Below the pieces are notes generated by a model. It searched no databases and was not told where the DNA came from. It saw only the letters and a list, made by a program, of their open reading frames with translations. A program made the position numbers and the translations under genes. Shown one piece after another: positions 59,463 through 64,000 of a DNA stretch of 64,000 nt. Position 1 is the first letter of the stretch, and each line of letters opens with the position of its first letter. Source of the DNA: an uncultured Candidatus Saccharibacteria bacterium (GTDB lineage: Bacteria > Patescibacteriota > Doudnabacteria > UBA920). The DNA is taken from assembly GCA_964402965.1 (NCBI GenBank), contig CAYODY010000003.1, positions 9,846 to 73,845 of the forward strand, written 5' to 3'.

Positions 59463-60626
59463 ATGGACAGCATTATTCCACAACCAATTAGAAATACTCA
59501 ACCAAACAACGATCAGCCTATAGGCGGAGAACAATCTTCGTTTACTCAACCGGCTGACGTTTTTAAAATCCCAATAAATTTTTCTGTGCAGAATTCACCA
59601 GATGAACCAATTGTTCCAAGCACCCCTGCTTCTGAACAAGTAGATTTAAATTTTGAAGCAAAGCCTGAGTCAACATACTACCCAGCAGTTGAAGAAATTC
59701 CATATACTGCAGAAGTACCAGCTATGCCAGAAACACCAATCGCAGAACAAACGCCAACTGCAGGAGAATCATCAATCGTAGAAGAAACTCCAACAGAAAA
59801 AGTTTCGTATGCCGACAGCACTATTCGTGAATTAAACATTTCCGAAATTGTTGCAAACCCTTTTCAACCTCGAACCCAATTTAAGCCAGAGGCTTTGCAA
59901 GAATTAGCGGATTCTATTAAAGAGCACGGTGTTATTCAGCCTGTAGTAGTAACCCTTACTCCGCAAGGGTACGAACTTGTCGTTGGTGAGCGCCGTTTTC
60001 GCGCGTCGCAACTTGCAGGCTTAACAAAAATTCCTGCGATCGTTAAGCAAACTTTACACGATCAGACAAAGCTTGAAGTTGCGCTAATTGAAAACATTCA
60101 ACGACAAGAGTTAAATGCTATTGAAGAAGCACGTGGTTACGAGCGTTTAATAAAGTCATTTAATTTAACTCAAGATCAGGTTGCGAAGAAAGTAGGGAAG
60201 TCACGCAGTGCCGTAGCAAATACTTTGCGTTTGTTAAACTTGCCAGCAGAAATTCAACGCGCGGTTATTGAAGGAAAAATTAGTGAAGGTCACGCCCGCG
60301 CAATTTTGGGATTACCAGATACGGAAAAAATGATTTTGATGTATCAAACAATTTTAGAACAAGGCTGGAACGTGCGTCAGGCAGAAAGCAAAGTTCGCGA
60401 AATCGCAGTGAAGAAAAAGATGGACGCGGCCATGCCTGACCCTAAACTTATGGCATTGGAAAGTGAGCTTCGTGGCAAGCTTGGAGCTCAAGTAAAAATT
60501 CAACGCCAAGGCCGTGGTGGCAAAATTACAATAGACTTTTACAGCGACGAAGACTTGGATGAAATTATGAATCGGATTGCAGAGCAACAAAAAAATGGCG
60601 AAGACGCCGGTTATTTAGTGGTTTAA
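59463..60626 (+). CDS. parB: ParB/Spo0J partition protein with acidic disordered N-terminus
   Basis: NPFQPR, GVIQPV, GERRFRA, ENIQR, KSRSAVANTLRLL, GHARA. Confidence 0.95.
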   Translation: MDSIIPQPIRNTQPNNDQPIGGEQSSFTQPADVFKIPINFSVQNSPDEPIVPSTPASEQVDLNFEAKPESTYYPAVEEIPYTAEVPAMPETPIAEQTPTAGESSIVEETPTEKVSYADSTIRELNISEIVANPFQPRTQFKPEALQELADSIKEHGVIQPVVVTLTPQGYELVVGERRFRASQLAGLTKIPAIVKQTLHDQTKLEVALIENIQRQELNAIEEARGYERLIKSFNLTQDQVAKKVGKSRSAVANTLRLLNLPAEIQRAVIEGKISEGHARAILGLPDTEKMILMYQTILEQGWNVRQAESKVREIAVKKKMDAAMPDPKLMALESELRGKLGAQVKIQRQGRGGKITIDFYSDEDLDEIMNRIAEQQKNGEDAGYLVV

Positions 60627-60675
60627 CATTTTCTTAGTATTTTCTTAAAACTTTTTTTAAAACGAAAGAGATAAA

Positions 60676-61005
60676 ATGACATTAGACGAATATCAAACAG
60701 AGTCTAGTAAAACAGCGCAATATCCAAAAGAAGAATTGGCGCTTTACTATGTTGGTTTGGGAATCGCAGGCGAAGCTGGCGAAGTTGCGGAAAAAATAAA
60801 AAAAGTTTTGCGCAACGACAATGGGGTAATTTCAGATGAGCGCCGAGAGGATTTAAAAAAAGAATTGGGCGACGTAATGTGGTACTTGGCGCAAGCAGGA
60901 GTTGTGCTTGGTCTTTCTTTAGACGACATTGCTCAAACAAATTTGAAAAAATTAGCTGATCGCATGGAGCGAGGGGTAATTAAAAGTGCGGGGGATAATC
61001 GGTAA
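60676..61005 (+). CDS. MazG-like NTP pyrophosphohydrolase
   Basis: GEAGEVAEKIKK, ELGDVMWY, GDNR C-terminus. Confidence 0.92.
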   Translation: MTLDEYQTESSKTAQYPKEELALYYVGLGIAGEAGEVAEKIKKVLRNDNGVISDERREDLKKELGDVMWYLAQAGVVLGLSLDDIAQTNLKKLADRMERGVIKSAGDNR

Positions 61006-61010
61006 ATTCC

Positions 61011-62786
61011 ATGAATAGAATCTTAAAAATTTCTTCTTTAATTATCTCAGGGAGCCTTTTTGTGAGTTTATTTATTGTGCCTTTTACTGTAGTTCAAATA
61101 GTATCAGCACAAACGTCCACCACCCCAGTGCAAACTCCTCCAGTTCAAGCGACAGAATCAATTTCAGATTATTCTACAGACATCACAATCAACAAAGATG
61201 CGACCATCAATGTTATTGAAACTATAAATTATAACTTTGGTGCGATTGAGAGACATGGAATCATTAGAAATGTTCCCTATAAATATAGCGCTCGTGATGG
61301 AACTTTTAAACTTAGACTTTCAAATATTTCGGTAACAGATGAGAAAAACCAACCATTAACTTTTAAGCAATCGTATTCCGGAAATGAACTTAGTTTAAAA
61401 ATCGGAGATGCAGATAAAACTATTACAGGTACACATATCTACAAAATTGCTTACACTGTTAACAGAGCCATAAATTATTTTGATGATCATGATGAGCTAT
61501 ACTGGAACGCCATTGGTTTAGAGTGGACAGTTCCGATTGCGAAATCTAGCGCAATAATTCACGCTCCTGCAAATATTTCTAAGATGCAGTGTTTCACTGG
61601 TGTACATGATAGCAAGGAGTCTAATTGTTCAATCACTGGTGGAAACACCGAAACCGTAACTTTCACTTTCACAAAACAACTTGAAGCAGGGGAGGGTCTA
61701 ACAATAGTAGCAGGCTTGCCGGAAGGAACAATCGCAAAGCCAACAGTTTTGCAAAACCTATGGAATATATTCATAGATAACGGAATTTTGCTTCTCCCAT
61801 TTTTTGTTTTCGCACTCATGTTCTATTTTTGGAATAAATACGGACGAGATGCTAGAAGTAAAAATTCTATTGTTGCTCAGTATGAATCACCAGACAACCT
61901 TTCAGCTATGTACATGGGAACATTGCTTCATGGAAAAACAGAAGCAAAAGATCTTTCCGCAGAAATTATTTACCTAGCAACCCAAGGCTATTTAACTATC
62001 CAGCGAATCGAAACTAAGACACTTTTAGTTTTTAAAGGTTCAGACTATGAACTCACTAGGACAGAAAAAGCGACAGATAGCTTGGCACCTCAAACAAAAG
62101 AATTTTTCAATGAGCTATTTAAATCTGGTATAAAAACAATTAAAATCTCGGACTTAAAAACAGATCGTGTTTTTGGAACTGCTCTAGTTAAGATTAAAAA
62201 CGATGTTGTCAGCGAATTAGTTAAGGATAAATATTGGCGGGCAAACCCAATTACTGTGGCTTCACTCATAGTTGTAGCAGGAATATTTTTTGCCATGGGA
62301 GGTTCGTTTTTACTAGGCAGTATTATTGGTTACCTTGGTACTATTTCAGCAATTATTTCTGGACTTATTATCATCATTTTTGGATTTATTATGCAAGCCT
62401 TAACTCAAAAAGGCGCGGACACTGTTGCTAAAATTAAAGGGTTAGAATTGTATATGACGGTTGCTGAAAAAGACAGGATGGAATTTCACAATGCACCAGA
62501 AAAAAATCCACAACACTTTGAAATGCTTTTGCCTTTTGCAGTTGCACTTGGGGTTGAATCAAAATGGGCAGCACAATTTAAAGATTTAGCAAATGCGCCT
62601 TCGTGGTACAATGACAGTAATAGAGGAACGTTTAACGCTCTTGTTTTCGCAAACTCTATGAACAGTTTTTCTACATCCATGCAATCTGTTGCGACTTCTG
62701 CAACAACATCGTCTAGTGGTGGTAGTGGATTTTCAGGAGGAGGTAGTGGTGGCGGAGGCGGCGGAGGTGGCGGCGGAAGTTGGTAG
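61011..62786 (+). CDS. DUF2207 family membrane protein
   Basis: ETINY..HGIIR, DELYWNAIG, LPFAVALG, Gly-rich C-terminus ending GGGSW. Confidence 0.9.
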   Translation: MNRILKISSLIISGSLFVSLFIVPFTVVQIVSAQTSTTPVQTPPVQATESISDYSTDITINKDATINVIETINYNFGAIERHGIIRNVPYKYSARDGTFKLRLSNISVTDEKNQPLTFKQSYSGNELSLKIGDADKTITGTHIYKIAYTVNRAINYFDDHDELYWNAIGLEWTVPIAKSSAIIHAPANISKMQCFTGVHDSKESNCSITGGNTETVTFTFTKQLEAGEGLTIVAGLPEGTIAKPTVLQNLWNIFIDNGILLLPFFVFALMFYFWNKYGRDARSKNSIVAQYESPDNLSAMYMGTLLHGKTEAKDLSAEIIYLATQGYLTIQRIETKTLLVFKGSDYELTRTEKATDSLAPQTKEFFNELFKSGIKTIKISDLKTDRVFGTALVKIKNDVVSELVKDKYWRANPITVASLIVVAGIFFAMGGSFLLGSIIGYLGTISAIISGLIIIIFGFIMQALTQKGADTVAKIKGLELYMTVAEKDRMEFHNAPEKNPQHFEMLLPFAVALGVESKWAAQFKDLANAPSWYNDSNRGTFNALVFANSMNSFSTSMQSVATSATTSSSGGSGFSGGGSGGGGGGGGGGSW

Positions 62787-62812
62787 TTATTAAACTATAG
62801 TGCATTTACTTT

Positions 62813-63442
62813 ATGAAAATTATAAAATTTGGACATTCTTGCGTTTTGCTTGATGATGGTCAAACAAAATTACTTTTCGATCCGGGATCTTATTCAGAAA
62901 TCCCAAATGTTTCTGTTGATGCTATTGTAATTACTCACGTTCATCAAGATCACTTGGATATAAGTAAAATTCATGCAGTGTTGGCAAATAATCCAAACGC
63001 AAAAATTTATACAAACACTCAGTCTTGTGAAGAACTCATTAAAAATGGTTTGACTGCAGAAATAGTAGAGCAAGGTCAGACTGTACAAATTGGAACTTTT
63101 TCTATCGAAGGGTACGGCAACGAGCACGCAATTATGCACCCAGATTTACCTAAATTCCAAAACACCTCCTACTTAATTAATGGTAATATTTTCCATCCAG
63201 GTGATTCTCTGTTAACTATAGACAAGCCCGTAGATATTTTACTTCTTCCAATTTCTGCTCCTTGGAGTAAAATTTCGGAAACCTTGGATTATATCACTGC
63301 TGTTAACCCAAAAATTTGTTTCCCGATTCACGATGGATTCTTAACAAGTGGGGGAGCGTTTTATAGACTCTCAAAAATGTGGTGTGAAAAATTGGAGGCA
63401 CAATTTATTGAACCAGAATTAAATAAAGAATATGCATTTTAA
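62813..63442 (+). CDS. MBL-fold metallo-hydrolase
   Basis: GHSC, DP, ITHVHQDH, HPGD, PIH. Confidence 0.9.
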   Translation: MKIIKFGHSCVLLDDGQTKLLFDPGSYSEIPNVSVDAIVITHVHQDHLDISKIHAVLANNPNAKIYTNTQSCEELIKNGLTAEIVEQGQTVQIGTFSIEGYGNEHAIMHPDLPKFQNTSYLINGNIFHPGDSLLTIDKPVDILLLPISAPWSKISETLDYITAVNPKICFPIHDGFLTSGGAFYRLSKMWCEKLEAQFIEPELNKEYAF

Positions 63443-63920
63443 TTTTATTGTTATCCCTGCGATCATCATTGCGACAGCAATAGTCGGTGGTAGATACACT
63501 TCTCAAGGATTAAAACCTTGGTACGAAAATTTAAAAAAGCCAAAATGGACACCACCAGGAAGTCTAATTGGTGAAATTTGGCTATTTCTTTATATCACAA
63601 CTGCTCTTGCAGTGCTGTGGTTTTGGAATGTCCCAGTATTTTCTTGGGTGCATTATGTTGTTGGCGCAATTTTACTTGCGAACGCGTATCTTAATGCAAC
63701 TTGGAATAAAGTATTTTTTGTAGAACACAATTTGCAAAAGGCGTATAAGCATATGAATATTATGAATGGCACAACAATTTTGTCTGCCATAATCATGTAC
63801 TTCTCTGCACCAATCGCTAGTTTTCTTCTTCTCCCATATATTATTTGGGTAGGAATAGCTACATATCTCACTAAAGAAATGATTGACATGAATCCTGAGC
63901 ATAAAGAGAAAAATAGTTAA
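63432..63920 (+). CDS. tspO: TspO/MBR family protein
   Basis: WYENLKKPKWTPP...IW..LY, LNATW..VFF, LLPYIIW...ATYL. Confidence 0.92.
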   Translation: MHFNFIVIPAIIIATAIVGGRYTSQGLKPWYENLKKPKWTPPGSLIGEIWLFLYITTALAVLWFWNVPVFSWVHYVVGAILLANAYLNATWNKVFFVEHNLQKAYKHMNIMNGTTILSAIIMYFSAPIASFLLLPYIIWVGIATYLTKEMIDMNPEHKEKNS

Positions 63921-63940
63921 ACATAAACTTAAGATAAAAC

Positions 63941-63977
63941 AAAAAACCGCGCTTCATAATAGAAGGGCGGTTTTTTA
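63941..63977. terminator. Intrinsic terminator
   Basis: AAAAAACCGC...GCGGTTTTTT. Confidence 0.7.
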
Positions 63978-64000
63978 TGCGTTAGCTTTAGCTTCTGCTC

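Overview
AT-rich bacterial chromosomal segment using the standard genetic code (TGA is a stop). Gene content suggests a Patescibacteria/CPR (Parcubacteria-like) genome; this is an inference from the pilMNO-like cluster, HTH-MurA fusion, alpha2 GlyRS, DUF5667 anti-sigma, membrane-anchored C39 peptidase and many ORFans. Housekeeping genes are holA, typA, murA/murB, a DEAD-box helicase, dus, a xerC/D-like recombinase, rpsO, pnp, tgt, GlyRS, nfo, metG, tatD, glyA, uppP and parB. There are six intact tRNAs (Lys-CTT, Arg-TCG, His-GTG, Arg-TCT, Arg-GCG, Leu-CAA) and one orphan tRNA 3' half. Most notable observations: (1) two integrase-less single-gene cassettes stacked at the tRNA-His 3' end, each built as [hairpin, -10 promoter, gene, degenerate tRNA 3'-end copy]; (2) a crtI-crtB-crtE-lycopene elongase (C50-type carotenoid) operon; (3) an ECF sigma-linked flavinylation/electron-transfer operon; (4) free-standing HNH and LAGLIDADG nucleases attached to tRNA genes; (5) a leader-peptide attenuator ahead of a GNAT; (6) a ~195-nt structured pnp leader; (7) an RPSFGGR motif shared by the PNPase and DEAD-box tails; (8) a beta-barrel-like ORFan; (9) pervasive leaderless gene starts. 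No CRISPR array or rRNA was seen. All calls come from reading the sequence by eye; no searches were run.
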